Shown: positions 37,230 through 50,384 of the stretch, one piece after another
How the letters are laid out: every line of letters starts with the position of its first letter
Numbering within the stretch: the stretch's first letter is position 1
Source: Octopus sinensis
Lineage: Eukaryota
NCBI RefSeq assembly: GCF_006345805.1
Contig: NC_043001.1
Location: 76,818,001-76,882,000, forward strand
Reading direction: 5' to 3'
Length of the DNA: 64,000 nt
The notes under the pieces: generated by a model
Told to the model about the DNA's origin: nothing
Database searches by the model: none
The model's input: the letters and a program-made list of their open reading frames with translations, nothing else
Made by a program: the position numbers and the translations under genes

Positions 37230-38170
37230 ATAGATATGGCTGTGTAGTAAGAAGCTTCTCAACCACCTGGTTCCAGGTTCAGTCCTGCTGTGTGACACCT
37301 TGGGCAAGTGTCTTCTATAGCCTCTGGCCAACCAAAACCTTGTGAGTGGATTTGTTAGACAGAAATTGAAAGAAGTCCTTTGTGTGTGTATATATAAATA
37401 TATGTGTGTTGTGTGTCTTTGTGTCTGTGTTTGCCCCTCCCCCTGCTCCTATCGCTTGACAGTCGATGTTGGTGTGTTTATGTCCCTGTAATTTAGCAGT
37501 TCGGCAAAAGAGACCAATAGAATAAGTACAAAGAATAAGTCCTGGCATTGATTACTTTGACTAAAATTCTCCCAGGTAGTGCTCCAGCATGGCTGCAGTC
37601 TAATGACTGAAACAAGTGAAAGAATAAGAGAATATTAATTAGGTTTAATTCAGTAAAAGTTAATGAGAAATGATAGGTGCAACGTATATTATACAATACA
37701 TGGAACAACAAAAATCTAATCTAGACCATTATTATTTTGAAGTCCTTTTTCCATCCATGCAAGAGTAAGACAGAATTTATTAAGGTAGACTTTTCTATGG
37801 CTGGATGCACTTCCTGTTGCCAACCCTCACCTATTTCAAAGCAACATAGTATTTCCCCATCACCAGACATTTTCACAAAATATTGGAAATGAAGACTGAT
37901 ACTTATTTGTAAGACAGTGACACTCATTTACAAAAGTCATGTGTTGTCAAGACAAAAATACAAATATACACACATACACACACAACACACACATGCACAC
38001 ACATACACAGATATGATGGGCTTCTTTCAGTTTCCGTCTATCAAGTCCACTCTCAAGGCTTTGGTCTGTGCAGGATTGCAGAAGAAAACACTTACCTAAG
38101 GTACCACACAGTGGGACAGAACTCAGAACCATGTGGTTTGGGACCAAACTTCTTAACCACACAGCCATAT
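37230..38170. mobile_element. SINE A (+, 37230-37630), RTE-tail element (37735-37945) and SINE A (-, 37990-38170)
   Basis: Family motifs in both orientations. Confidence 0.7.
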
Positions 38171-38403
38171 CTACACCTAACTACAAATAAATATTTTGCG
38201 AGGTGGGGAGAGGGCGGCAGAAAACAAATCAATGAAGGCTGGTTTCAATTTCCAATTGCAAGGTTATCCCTTCATCTCAGTTAATAATACCAAAGGGAAA
38301 AGCATGAATGCCTCAGCTTCTTGTCTTCTGTTTCCTAAGCATATGTTATTGAGTCAAAAGAAATTGATATTTAGAAAAATTGGTTTTGGAAAAGCTGTTG
38401 GTA

Positions 38404-38443
<40 letters not shown>

Positions 38444-38799
38444 GTGGAAGATACTGTAAAGATTACCCTTTTCATATTTGCAGTATTCCTAAAAACCATT
38501 GCATTTTTATTTTTATTCATGATCACAGTTTCTTTTAAGGGGTATTTAGCTCAACATTATCCCACCTTCTCTTTTAAAATGTGAAGCTCCTCTACAGCAA
38601 GAAACTTGTTCTGTTCTGATTTCTTCTCTCATACTTTAACACCCGCTCATCTCCTAGCATAAAGTCACCTTTCTTAGGGGCTTGTAGTCCTGCAATCTGC
38701 ATGTTAACCTCACCAGTGCAGACAACATGCACGTGCGTGTGCGCTTGCACACACACACACAAAAGCACCCAGTATATGCTGCAAATGGGTTGGCAAGGC

Positions 38800-39204
38800 A
38801 GGCATCTGTAGAAATTATGCTAAAGTAAACAATGGAGCATAATGAACAGCTCAAGAAAGATATTCATTAGGGTCTTAATATGAATTTACCTAAGTACATT
38901 GGTGTACAGCCCGATTTAACATATAACAAGTTTGGGCATATGTCTTGGTAACACAGGTCTTAGAAGTCATCAGAAAAGTCACACACAGAGAGAAATTGTT
39001 AACCTCACACTGTACAATATATCAACTTGTAGCGGGTGTGGAAAAGAACGTGCATCAGGAGGCAGATGGAAATGTCATATGGAGGTTCACTAAAACAATA
39101 TTATAACACCTACTGCAAGAAGTGCCCAGCATTGCCATGTCGGTACAAAAGGATACAAGTTCCTAGTGGGACTGAAAAGCCACATCCCTGCTGCTCATGT
39201 TTAA
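38800..39204 (+). pseudogene. Decayed C-terminus of an RTE-like LINE ORF2 with three C2H2 zinc fingers
   Basis: Frame from 38941: CLGNTGLRSHQKSH...TCSGCGKERASGGRWKCHMEVH*...CHVGTKGYKFLVGLKSHIPAAHV*. RTE assignment is inferred from the GLxSH finger style and upstream EHNEQLKK. Confidence 0.5.
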
Positions 39205-39373
39205 GGGTTGACTTTACACTCAAAATCAAGTCACAACTATTGTACATGCATGTAGTCCATGTGTTTATTGGCAATAGATATAAATAGTGGATAACAAGGA
39301 AATTGCTGATGAACAAGTGCAGCAAATGAAAATATCTTGTCATCCTTAATTACACTCAAGTTACACAGGCACT

Positions 39374-39758
39374 AGTGGAGGCGCAATGGCCCAGTGGTTA
39401 GGGCAGCGGACTCACGGTCGGAGGATCGCGGTTTCGATTCCCAGACCGGGCATTGTGAGTGTTTATTGAGCGAAAACACCTAAAGCTCCACGAGGCTCCG
39501 GCAGGGGGTGGTGGTGAACCCTGCTGTACTCTTTCGCCACAACTTTCTCTCGCCCTTTCTTCCTGTTTCTCTTGTACCTGTATTTCAAAGGGCCAGCCTT
39601 GTCACATTCTGTGTGTCACGCTGAATCTCCTCGAGAACGACGTTAAGGGTACACGTGTCTGTGGAGTGCTCAGCCACTTGCACGTTAATATCACGAGCAA
39701 GCTGTTCCGTTGATCGTATCAGCTGGGACCCTCATCGTCGCAACCAACGGAGTGCTCC
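39374..39758 (+). mobile_element. SINE family D, full length
   Basis: tRNA-like head ggaggcgcaatggcccagtggttagg...ggtttcgattccc; perfect 12-bp TSD TACACAGGCACT at 39362-39373 and 39759-39770. Confidence 0.85.
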
Positions 39759-39928
39759 TACACAGGCACTCCTTTATCACTATTGTTATTAGAACCTGTG
39801 AACCTATTAAGATCGTGTAACCAATGACATCATTGTCGACAATGTACACAATTAATGAATCACGGGTTACTGAGGTTATCACTCTCTGTTACATAGCCAA
39901 GTCAATGTTTTCGTTAGTCACTCAGTAG

Positions 39929-39979
39929 ACAGAGAATGATTCAGAAAGTGAACTGGTTGAACTGGTGATTGAAAGTGGG
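39929..39979 (+). CDS. Candidate 51-nt exon (TENDSESELVELVIESG)
   Basis: TAG acceptor and strong GGG|GTAAGA donor; open symmetric frame; no homology recognised. Confidence 0.2.
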
Positions 39980-40079
39980 GTAAGAGAAAGTGTTATTTCT
40001 GATGTTGCTGTGGCTTTAATTTTGCAGCTTTTCCCTAAATTCAATAAGATGTAATCAAAGAACACCCAGTTTGGTGGTT

Positions 40080-40308
40080 TGAACCTTTATGAGTCAGATT
40101 ACTGTGTGAAATGTAATGCTAATTTATTCACATTGTTTTGAGTTAATCATGCATTATCATGTAGCTTTGAGATTTTGATGATATGGTTGTTTATCTTTAA
40201 AATGACATTGTAAGGGAGGTGTGAGAGACCAGATCTGGCCAGTTTGAGCATTAAAGAGGTATAATATTTTGGTCAGATATGGCCGGTTTAAATGCCAAAG
40301 GGATAATG
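40080..40308. mobile_element. piggyBac-like MITE (CCCTTTAGCATT-type ends), degenerate
   Basis: Ends ggccggtttaaatgccaaagggataa; the same family occurs at 42175-42330 (reverse) and 47902-48469. Confidence 0.55.
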
Positions 40309-42013
40309 CTGTAGAGAACTTGAAAAAAATCCCCTTTCTATTTTGAGTTCAAATCATTCTGAAGTCGAGTTCATTTCTGTTTGCCCAGGAGCAATTAAAT
40401 AAGTACCAGTCAAATATTGGAGTAGACTGTACACCATGATCATGTCATTGTAGTCAACCAACTCTGAAATTAAATTTTATGGCTATTCAACTTGTCTGTG
40501 CTGCTGTCACATAAAAAGCACTCAGTCCACTCTGCAGGGTGATTGGTGTTAGGAAAGGTATCCAGCCCTGCCAAAACAGACACAGAAGCCTGGTATAGTT
40601 TCCTACTGGGCTGGTTCCTGTCAAATCGTCCAACCCATGCCAGCATAGAAGGCAGATGTTAAACGATGATGATTCAAGTAATGTTAGATATCTATCAAAA
40701 AATGGAATTGGTATTTTCTGCAAGTCACATTGCCTCAGCAAACCTGACAGAAAATAGTTTCGAAAACGACATTACATTCCTCAACAAAAGATAGATTGGT
40801 ATATAAAACTGCTTCCTTGCAGTTAGGGGTTATGTAATTTTGAAAGGATATATCTGCTTTCTGAATTATTAGAGTAAACTTATAGTCAAAAATATTCCAG
40901 CCATGACCATCCTGTCTTTTTAAAAGTATTTAGCCCAACATTATCGCATTTTATTCCTTGAAAAAGCATGATTTTATTTGAAGTTTCAGCTGCTGTTTCT
41001 AGCAGACTGTGTGACCATATAACAACTCCATCTTTGACACACTGTGTATAGAGTTCATCTTTTATGGAGTCATAAGATTGGGGACATAATCTTCTCAGTT
41101 GGATTTTTGTTAGGTTCAGTCAAAAGTGTAAGGACATTGTGCATGCTCTTTTTCATGACCTCCAATGAGTGAGAGGAGGGTTGGAAGGACAGAAGAAAGG
41201 AAGAAAAAAAAAGAAGTATTCTCAAACCAGACTGGCTTGAATGCTTAATAGAGCTGAACTCCTCTGAAGTCTGCCACCACCGCCAAGAAAGACCTGGGTG
41301 ATAGTGTTAGAGTAGATTAAGTCTATCACCTAAGACCAGAATGGCTTCTCTGACAGGCTTCTAAATAGTTTTCGCCTGTAAGAATTTCACTCACAAGACT
41401 TCAGCAAATTCCAGGCTATGGTAAAAAATTTTTGGAAAGAGGGGAAAAAAACCCTATTTTTTTCTATAGTGCCATGAGATGAGGTTGAACTTTAAAATAT
41501 ATTAGTGTTAGGAATTGAATTGCTTAACCACTCAACCATACCTGCTCACAATCAGTCAAGGAAGAGAGAAAAATTAAACTATGTTACCTACACACTGTAC
41601 CTGTTAACATTTTGTCCTCAATAGGAACAACAAAGAAAAGCATTCTTTTGTATTTGTTGTTGTGGTATTTGTGATTTTATTTCCTTGACTGAACTTCCAC
41701 AACTGAGTAATATGTATTTGTTGAGTCAAATTCCATTCTCACTCAAATATTTTTTTTTCTTTTACGTTTTCTATCTGCCCTTGAAATCTACGAATCTCAA
41801 AAGTCATTATTATTATTATTATTATTATTATTGCTTTTTCTGTGCTTGAGATGCAGACGTGATGGCTGCGTGGATAAGAACTTTGCTCTCCAACCACATG
41901 GTTTTGGGTTCAGTTCTACTGTATGGAACCTTCTAAGGCAAGTGCCTTCTACTACCAAATCCTTGTGAAGGAATTTGGTTGATGCCAACTGAAAGAACCC
42001 TATCATGTATATG

Positions 42014-42079
<66 letters not shown>

Positions 42080-42665
42080 TGTGTGTGTGTGCATCCAAAT
42101 GCATGACTTAGTGGTTAGAATATTTAGCTCAAGATTGTAAGGTCGTGAGTTCCCATAGGTGTTTAAACTGACCATATCTGACCCAAATATTTAACCTGTT
42201 TTATGTTCAAACTGGCCTCTCAGACTTACCTTACAATGTCATTTTAAAGATGATTGACCATATCGTCAAAATCGCAAAGCTACAAGATAATGCATGATTA
42301 ACTCAGAACGATGTGAGTAAATTAGCATTACATTACACACAGCTATCAAGCAACCATCTTCTGGTTTGAGAATACCTCCTTCTTTTCTTCTATCCTTCCT
42401 TCTACCTTTATTAGAAGCTATGAAAAGGGGCATGTACAATGTTCTTATACATTTGATTGAACCTAACATATTCGTCCAGGACTGCTTTCAGGCTTGTTGG
42501 TATAGTTGAGATCCCTTAGCTCCAAATCGGACTCAGAACCAGCAGAATTATGGCAGGGTGCAATGTACGGAATCATTGCTCCAGACACATCATGCTTCTA
42601 CTCAGTGGAGCACCCTACTATATACACCGTGGTATAGTCATTTGTTGAAAGGTACGAAGTGTGGC

Positions 42666-43000
42666 CAGAAGGTGATCTGGCAGAATCGTTAGATAAAAAC
42701 ACTTTCCGACATTTGTTCAGTTTCTTTACATTCTGAGTTCAAATCCTACCGAGGGTTAACTTTTAAAAAAGGCGGCGAGCTGGCAGAAACGTTAGCATGC
42801 CAGGCGAAATGCTTAGCAGTATTTCGTCTGCTGCTACGTTCTGAGTTCAAATTCCGCCAAGGTCGACTTTGCCGTTCATCCTTTCGAGGTCGATAAATTA
42901 AGTACCAGTTACCCACTGGGGTCGATATAATCGACTTAATCCGTGTGTCTGTCCTTGTTTGTTCTCTCTGTGTTTAGCCCCTTGTGGGTAGTAAAGAAAT
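42666..43000 (+). mobile_element. SINE family B dimer inside one 16-bp TSD
   Basis: aggtacgaagtgtggc (42650-42665) and aggtatgaagtgtggc (43001-43016) flank a partial plus a full B unit. Confidence 0.7.
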
Positions 43001-43296
43001 AGGTATGAAGTGTGGCTGTTTAGACATCTTTATTATTATTTCTATTTATTAACAAGTTACATAATAGTTAATAAACAACTAGTATGAAATGAAAAACTGT
43101 AGAAAATGAAAATATTTTTTTTATTAGAAAAAATAGATTTATTGAATAAACAATCAAATGAACATAATGTATAAAATACGGCGACACTTTGATATTTGGT
43201 GCTTAAATATTTTTTTCTGGCAGAAGTGAAAGTATGAATACGACAAAGGTGTGGTGTATACAGTGTTTAATATTTTGTTTTCATTTCCTTTTCCAG

Positions 43297-43352
43297 GATC
43301 AAAACGAACAGATTGGATACATTAAAAACACTGATATAGCAAGGTTGTTCAG
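43297..43352 (+). CDS. Candidate exon (DQNEQIGYIKNTDIARLF)
   Basis: Strong acceptor tattttgttttcatttccttttccAG and donor CAG|GTAAAT; only one of three frames is open. Confidence 0.35.
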
Positions 43353-43640
43353 GTAAATATATATATAAACACTCTTCTTTCTCTCTTTTACTCTTTCTCA
43401 CTCACTCTCTGTGTGTGTATGTGAATGTCTGTCTGTGCCTATCTGTATATCTATCTGTCTTTTATTTATCTTTCTATCTGTCTCTCTCTATTTACCTGTT
43501 TGATTGTGTCTATGCATGGGTGTATATACATATCTGCGGGCTAACCTTGGTACTTAGTGTTGCCCAGAGGTTGAATTTGTAGAGACAGTTCTTTGTTAAA
43601 GTAAATAATTTAATATATAACAAATTTTTATTGAGTTTTT

Positions 43641-43905
43641 GGCATTCTTTCGACATAACTTGACAAAATCAAAACATTTCTCTTCGGGTATTTCCGTGGA
43701 AGTAAAATGACAGTTCGATTCTGTTTTCTGCTTGGAAATTTGTGGATTTTAAATACACACATGAAACAGGTTAGAACAACTATGCAAGGCCTTTTTTCAA
43801 GTTGAAAATGAGATATTGCTGGCATAATTTCATTATATCTATATTTCCACGGAAATACCCAAAGTGAAATATTTTGATTTTGTCGAGTTATATCGAAAGA
43901 ATGCC
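43641..43905. mobile_element. Merlin-like MITE (second family)
   Basis: About 65-bp TIRs GGCATTCTTTCGA.../...TCGAAAGAATGCC; perfect 8-bp TSD GAGTTTTT at 43633-43640 and 43906-43913. Confidence 0.75.
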
Positions 43906-45589
43906 GAGTTTTTGTATGCAATTGACTTTTATGACTCTTATTACTTTTATTACTACCTCAGTTCATCTAAATGTATATACCTGTCGTTACCTTTCATAAA
44001 AAGCCTTTTCTTTTTTTATTTACAATGTGCATTTTCGTTGATTTTTCTTACTTCCGCCTATGTATGTATGTATGCATGCATGCATGCATTTCAAATTTCA
44101 GTACAAAGCTAACAAGTCTGGAGGAGGGGGTACATCAATTACATTAACTCCAGTATTCAACTGGTACTTATTTTATCACCCCCACCCCTAAAGGATGAAC
44201 AGTAATTTGAACTCAGAACAAAGATGGATGAAATGCTGCTAAACATTTTGCCTGATGTGCTAACGATTTTGCCAGCTTGCTGCTTTTTTTCCCTATTTAC
44301 ATATTGTCAATATATTATCATCTAAGAGAAATGAGTGTGTGTGAGAGAGAGAGAAAGAGATGGAGAGTGAGCGAGTATGTGTGTGTGTGCATGTGTGTGT
44401 AAGGAAATTTCCAAAGAATAAGTCCTGGAGTAGATTTACTCGACTAAAGGCGATGCTCCAGCATGGCTGCAGTCAAATGACTAAAACAAGTAAAAGAGAG
44501 ATACTTTGCTAGTTAAACTAAAAACTTTCCATTAAAACTTCATGTTCTAAATACCAGCTTAAGAAGGACAAAATTTTTCCACCGAATTCTTCATTAATTT
44601 TACTCACAAAATTGTCTTGCTAAATTCTTTGTTAATTTCAAAATTAATTAAAACAGAGTCATTGCATTTTAACAGGCATGCACTAACAATAGAGTTAAAG
44701 TAGTCTAAATTAAAACCTTCCATAAGAATTTCCATTTATGTTCATTTATTGCAAGCACTAAATGATGACAAAGTTATTTTACTAAGTGCTAAATTCTTCA
44801 TTAATTTCAAAATTAATTGCAACAAAGTCAGTGTATTTCAATTGGAATTAGATAACGAAAGGGTTGGTCCAAAAAGGAAGTCCCCTCCCTACTTTTCTAA
44901 ATCTCTTTAATCTAATCATTCAAAGACATTTTGAATTTCAAATTCCTGAACTGTCCTTTGGTAAAAATATCTTTATGAATTATATTGCTTTCTCTACATC
45001 TGTGAATTGTAGAAATCTCAGAGAAAACTGTTCAGTCACAGCACTTAGAACTTCCATGAATTGCTTTGTGTGTTGTTCAAAATTATTACCTGTAGGTTTC
45101 TTCAAATATTTTCTTCACTTGTGGGAGGAATGTGAAGCTTTCACTTTCTAAACCATGTTGAAACATGCCAAGTTTACTGTCAAATCTGTTGATTAAACCA
45201 CATGTCAATGTCAAAAGATTTTAAAATTTCAAGTAAAAGAAAAAGAGAAACTTTCAGTTTAACATTAAGTTTAAATATAATATAATATGAAAAAATTTGT
45301 GGAAAATAAGTTTATTCCTAAACCAATACTACTAAGCATTTTGCCCAACATACTAATGATTCTGTGCGCTTGCCTTAACATGGAGAAATATTATCTTGGA
45401 GACAGGTGAAGGCTGGCAAGGCAACAGGAAAGATATCTGGTCAGATCTGCCTCAAGAAATTCTGTCCAACTCATGTAGGCATTGGAAAGTGAACATGATG
45501 ATGATGGCCATCCATTGTAAACTGATTCCTCTTAAAAAACAAATTAACTTTTCGCAGCAGCTATCGCTTAGTTAAAACTCTCATCATAA

Positions 45590-46770
45590 AGGCTGTGTGG
45601 GTAAGAAGCTCATTTTGCAACCATATGGTTTCAGGTTCAGTCCTACTGCATGGCAATTTGGTCATATGTCTCCTACTATAGCCTCAGGCCAGCCAATGCT
45701 TTGTGAGTGAATTTGGTAGAAGGAATCTATGGGGAAGCCTGTTATATGTGCATATGTGTGTGTGAAGGTACAGGCATGGCTGTGTGGTTAGAAGCTTGCT
45801 TCCCAACCACCTGTTTCCAGGTTCATTCACACTGTGTGACAACTTGGGCAAATGTTTTCTACTATAGCCTCAGGCTGACTAAAGCCTTGTGAGTGGATTT
45901 GGTAGATGGAAACTGAAAGAAGCCCGTCATATTTATTTATATGTATATAACTATGTGTGTGTCTTTGTGCCTTTGTTTGTTCCCTCATCACTGCTTGGCA
46001 ACTGGTGTTGGTGTATTTACAATCCTGTAACTTAGCGGTTTGGCAAAAGAGACCAATAGAATAAGTACTAGGCTTAAAAAAAAGTCCTGGGGTTGATTTG
46101 TTCAACTAAAATCCTTCAAGGCAGTACCCCAGCATGACCGCAATCTAATGACTGAAACAAGTAAAAGAATAAAAGAATATACGTGCATGTGTGTGTGTTT
46201 TTGTTTGTCTCCACACCATTTGACGACTGTTATTGGTTTGTTTACATCCCCATAATCTAGCAGTTTGGCAAAAGAGAGCAATATAGTAAGTATCAGGCCT
46301 AAAAAAATAAGTACTCAGGTCAATTCATACAACTAAACTCTTCAAGGTGGGGGCCAATTATGACCCCAGTCAAATGATTGAAACAAGTAAAAGATCACAT
46401 AATCAAAACCTTAAAAAAAAACAAACAAAAAAATTTGTAATTGCAGACAGAATTTCCTGGTATATAAATTCAGTGCAAACGAACAGAAGTTTCTGTTAAT
46501 TGTTTTGCAAGAACAACATTACTGCTTACCATATTAGAGGCAGCATCCGTCATAACCAATTTTGATAGTTCTTTCTTTTACACAAAATATTTTGACAACT
46601 CAGTCACATTGGCGTGGCTGTGTGGTAAGAAGTTTGCTTCCCAACCACATGGTTCCAGCTCAGCCCCACTGTGTGGCACTTTGGGCAAGTATCTTCTATC
46701 ATAGCCTTAGGCTGACCAAAGTCTTGTGAGTGGATTTGGTAGATAGAAGACAATAGACGCCTGTGTGTGT
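45590..46770 (+). mobile_element. Run of four SINE family A copies/fragments
   Basis: Heads at about 45592, 45772 and 46610; tails at about 46130 and 46370. Confidence 0.75.
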
Positions 46771-46784
46771 GTGTGTGTATCATC

Positions 46785-47455
46785 ATCATCGTTTAACGTC
46801 CGCTTTCCATGCTAACATGGGTTGGACAAATTGACTGAAGGCTGGCGAACCAGATGGCTGCACCAGGCTCCAATCTTGATCTGGCAGAGTTTCTACAGCT
46901 GGATGCCCTTTCTAAAGCCAACCACTCCAAGAGTATAGTGGGTGCTTTTATGTGCCACTGGCATGGGGGCTAGTCAGGCAATACTAGCAACAACCTTGCT
47001 CGAATGTTTCTACACGTGCCATCAGCACAAGTGCTAGTAAGGTGACGCTGGTAGCGATCACACTCGAGTGGTGCCTTTTATGTGCCACCGGCACGGAAGC
47101 CAGTTAGCTGCTCTGGCAATGATCACGCTCGGATGGTGCTCTTAGCACCCTACTAGCACGGGGCACAAGTGCCAGTAAGGCGATGCTGGTAACGATAACA
47201 CTTGAATGGTGCCTTTTATGTGTCACTGGCATGGAAGCCGGTTAGCCGCTCTGTCAACGATCACACTTGTATGGTGCTCGTTGCACCCCGCTAGCACGGA
47301 TGTCAGTCATCGAATTTGATTTCGATTTCACTTGCCTCAACAGGTTTTCGCAAGCAGAGTTTAGTGACCAAAGAAGGAAAAGGTACGCATAAGTGGGCTG
47401 GTTATGCCCTTAGCATAGGCCACGAGGTTATGGTCTCATTTGGCTTGCCGGGTCT
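46785..47455 (+). mobile_element. RTE-tail-type element with about three internal 130-140-bp tandem units
   Basis: (CAT)n-gtttaacgtccgctttccatgc start; agctggatgcccttt..aaagccaacc; repeat unit ggtgccttttatgtgccac... at about 46941, 47070 and 47208. Confidence 0.65.
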
Positions 47456-47901
47456 TCATATATATATATATATGAATTTATGTGTCTGTGTTTGTCCCCC
47501 GCCCCATTGTTTGTCAATCAATGCTGGTGCATTTATGTCCCTATAACATAGCGGTTTGGCAAAAGAGACTAAGTACTAAGTTTATAAAGAATAAGTCCTC
47601 AAGCTGATTTCTTCGATTATAACCCTTTAAGGTGGTGCCCCGGCTTGGCCACAGTCAAATGACTGAAACAAGTAAAAGAATAAGCATTTTTTTTCTTTGC
47701 TGTGTTTTGAAACAAATCTTCCAATTTTAGCCTTTTTCTTTTTTTCCATCACATTTTCGTTCAAATGCACTGATTTTGTTTCAGTAAATTTTGAAAACAA
47801 TGAAGAACTTGGCAAAATGACTTCATTATTATTCAGCTGCTGTTTGGAATATAGATTAACGTGAAATTTTGATAGAAGTTTTTAATAAGGGATCACTTTA
47901 A

Positions 47902-48469
47902 TCCCTTAACATTCAGTTCACTCTGTCAAATGTAATGCTTTGAATGAATTATGCGTTATTTTGTTGCTTGAAGATTGAGATAATGTGATTACTCTTTTAC
48001 TTGTTTCAGTCAATTGACTGTGGCCATGCTGGAGCACTGCCTTTAGTCGAGCAAATTGACTCCAGGACTTATTCTATCGGTCTCCTTTTTGCCGAACTGT
48101 TAAGTTATAAGGACATAAACACACCAGCATCGGTTGTCAAGCGATGTTGGGGGGGGGACAAAACCACACATACATATATATATACATATATACAATGGGC
48201 TTCTTTCAGTTTCCGTCTACCAAATCCACTCACAAGGCTTTGGTCGACCCGAGGCTATAGTAGAAGACACTTGCCCAAGGTACCACACAGTGGGACTGAA
48301 CCCGAAACCATGTGGTTCTTAAGCCACTTACCACACTGCCACTCCTGTGCCTATTGTTTATTTTTAGATTGATATTGTAGGATAGGTATAAGAGGCTTGA
48401 CCTGGCTGGTTTGAACATTAAACAGGTGGAATATTTTGGCCAGATATGGATGGTTTAATTGCTAAAGGG
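47902..48469. mobile_element. piggyBac-like MITE interrupted by a young minus-strand SINE A (about 47990-48355)
   Basis: TTAA at 47898-47901 and 48470-48473; ends gctaaaggg; the two halves match 40080-40308. Confidence 0.65.
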
Positions 48470-49559
48470 TTAAACATGAAATTTGAATCATAGGCCAAAG
48501 GGTGGCTGCAGATTGGTTTATATGAAAATGATTAATCAACTTTCAGTGGATAGAATTTCTGTGAAAATTTCCTGCAATAATAGCTAATTAAACCAATGGT
48601 GGTAACATCAATGATTCCATCAATATCAGTTGAAAATAGGCACAAGTATTTACATTCTTAAAATTGATTTTTTTTTTTAATATTAACATTCATTTGTGTA
48701 ACTCTGTCTTTAACAGTATTTCTGCTTATTGCTAGCTCATTCTCACACTTTACTATTGCGAGTTTATTATGGGAAATGAAAAATATAGGGTGTATTTAAT
48801 GAAAGCATTAGTGGGTGATTCTTTTGTAATCAATAATATTAAAACTTGCTGCTTCTAAATGCAAAGATCCTGCCAAATAATCTAACTCTTTCATTACCAA
48901 ATTTCTGCGAAAATACATTGCCTCTGTTTCAATTAATTTTGAAAATAATAAAAAATTTTATGAAAACGACTTTGTCATTATTAAAGCTGGTGTTTGGAAC
49001 GTAAATGAACATGTATTTTTCAAAGGTTTTTAATTTAGATCACTTTAAATTTCCAAGAACAGAATCAGAAGTAGCCTCAGATTGTTACTGTCAAAAGGGG
49101 TTAAAGGAATTCTCTGATTTGGAATGTTTCCACTGTAGCTCTAATGATCATATAATTTTCAAGAGGCAGCTGGTGCTTTGAGTCAAATGCCATTTTACAT
49201 TCCAAATTCCACTCCCAACTAACTTCTTACGCAGCATACAAAGAACACTATTAATTTTATCAAATCAACAGTAACACTGCCTTTTTGAGATTTTTTTTTT
49301 CTTCAAGCAGTCGATGCCATAAATAGCTATAAAAAAGCTAAAATGAAGCACTTGTATAACTAAGCCTGCACAAATGGCCAACAATGAGTTGCTAATTCAT
49401 TAATTTATAAGTGACCTTTAATTTATGGGTTCTAATATAAAAAGCTGTTTCATTAGACATGATTAAAAATTACATCTTTTTAAACACTGATGTGTTTAAA
49501 CACTAATCTTTTAAACAAAATTCTTTCTCAAATCTACTTAGCTTTTTATACCATAATAT

Positions 49560-50170
49560 TGGTTTCAAGTTTTGGCACAAGGCTAGCAATTTTGGTGGGG
49601 GAGCAAGTCGATTATGATGACCCTAGTGCTCAGCTGGTACTTATTTTACAGACCTCAAAAGGATGAAAGACAAAGTTGACCTTGGTGGAACTTGAACTCA
49701 GAATGTAAAGACAGACCAAATACCACTAATCATTTTGCCTGGTGTGCTAATGATTCTGCCAGCATGCCACCTTAAATTTTGGCACAAGGCCAAAAGGAGA
49801 TAGGGAAAAGTCAATTAAATGGAGCCCAGTGCTTTACTGGTACTTATTTTATCAACCTTGAAAGGATGAAAGACAAAGTTGGTCCCTACAGAATTTGAAC
49901 TCAAAACATAAAGATGGTGTACTAATGATTTTGTCAGCTTACTGCCTTTTTTATATCATAATATTAGAGGCAGATTTAGGCAACAGGCTGGCAAAATCAT
50001 TGGCATGCTGGGCAAAACGATTAGCAGCATTTTGTTCATCTTTATGTTCTGATTTCAAACTCCACCAAGGTTGACTCTGCCTTATGTCATTTCAGTACTG
50101 GGGTTAATGAAATTGAGTTAGCCCCCTCTAGTATTTACTGGTCTTGTGCCAAAATTTGAAGCCAATATCA
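49560..50170. mobile_element. Three degenerate SINE family B copies (two minus, one plus)
   Basis: aaggatgaaagacaaagttgacc...gaacttgaactcagaa and its reverse complement. Confidence 0.65.
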
Positions 50171-50384
50171 GAGGCAGTCTTTTTTTCTTTCTTCTTCTTT
50201 CAAATCCATCGCATGGTATCTGGAAACATGCTATAGCTGACATGCTGGGTTTGTCTTTACTGCTGGACTAGATTGTACTAACCAATTATTAATCTATTAC
50301 CTGTGATTCATAATAGGTTTGCTATCACTAGTTTACACTGTAACTGTACTAATCTGTTATTAATCTATTTAATTACTAGTTATA

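Noticed and set aside
42470-42600. Minus-strand frame HDVSGAMIPYIAPCHNSAGSESDLELRDLNYTNKPESSPGRIC*
   Set aside because: Short, with weak splice signals and no recognisable homology.
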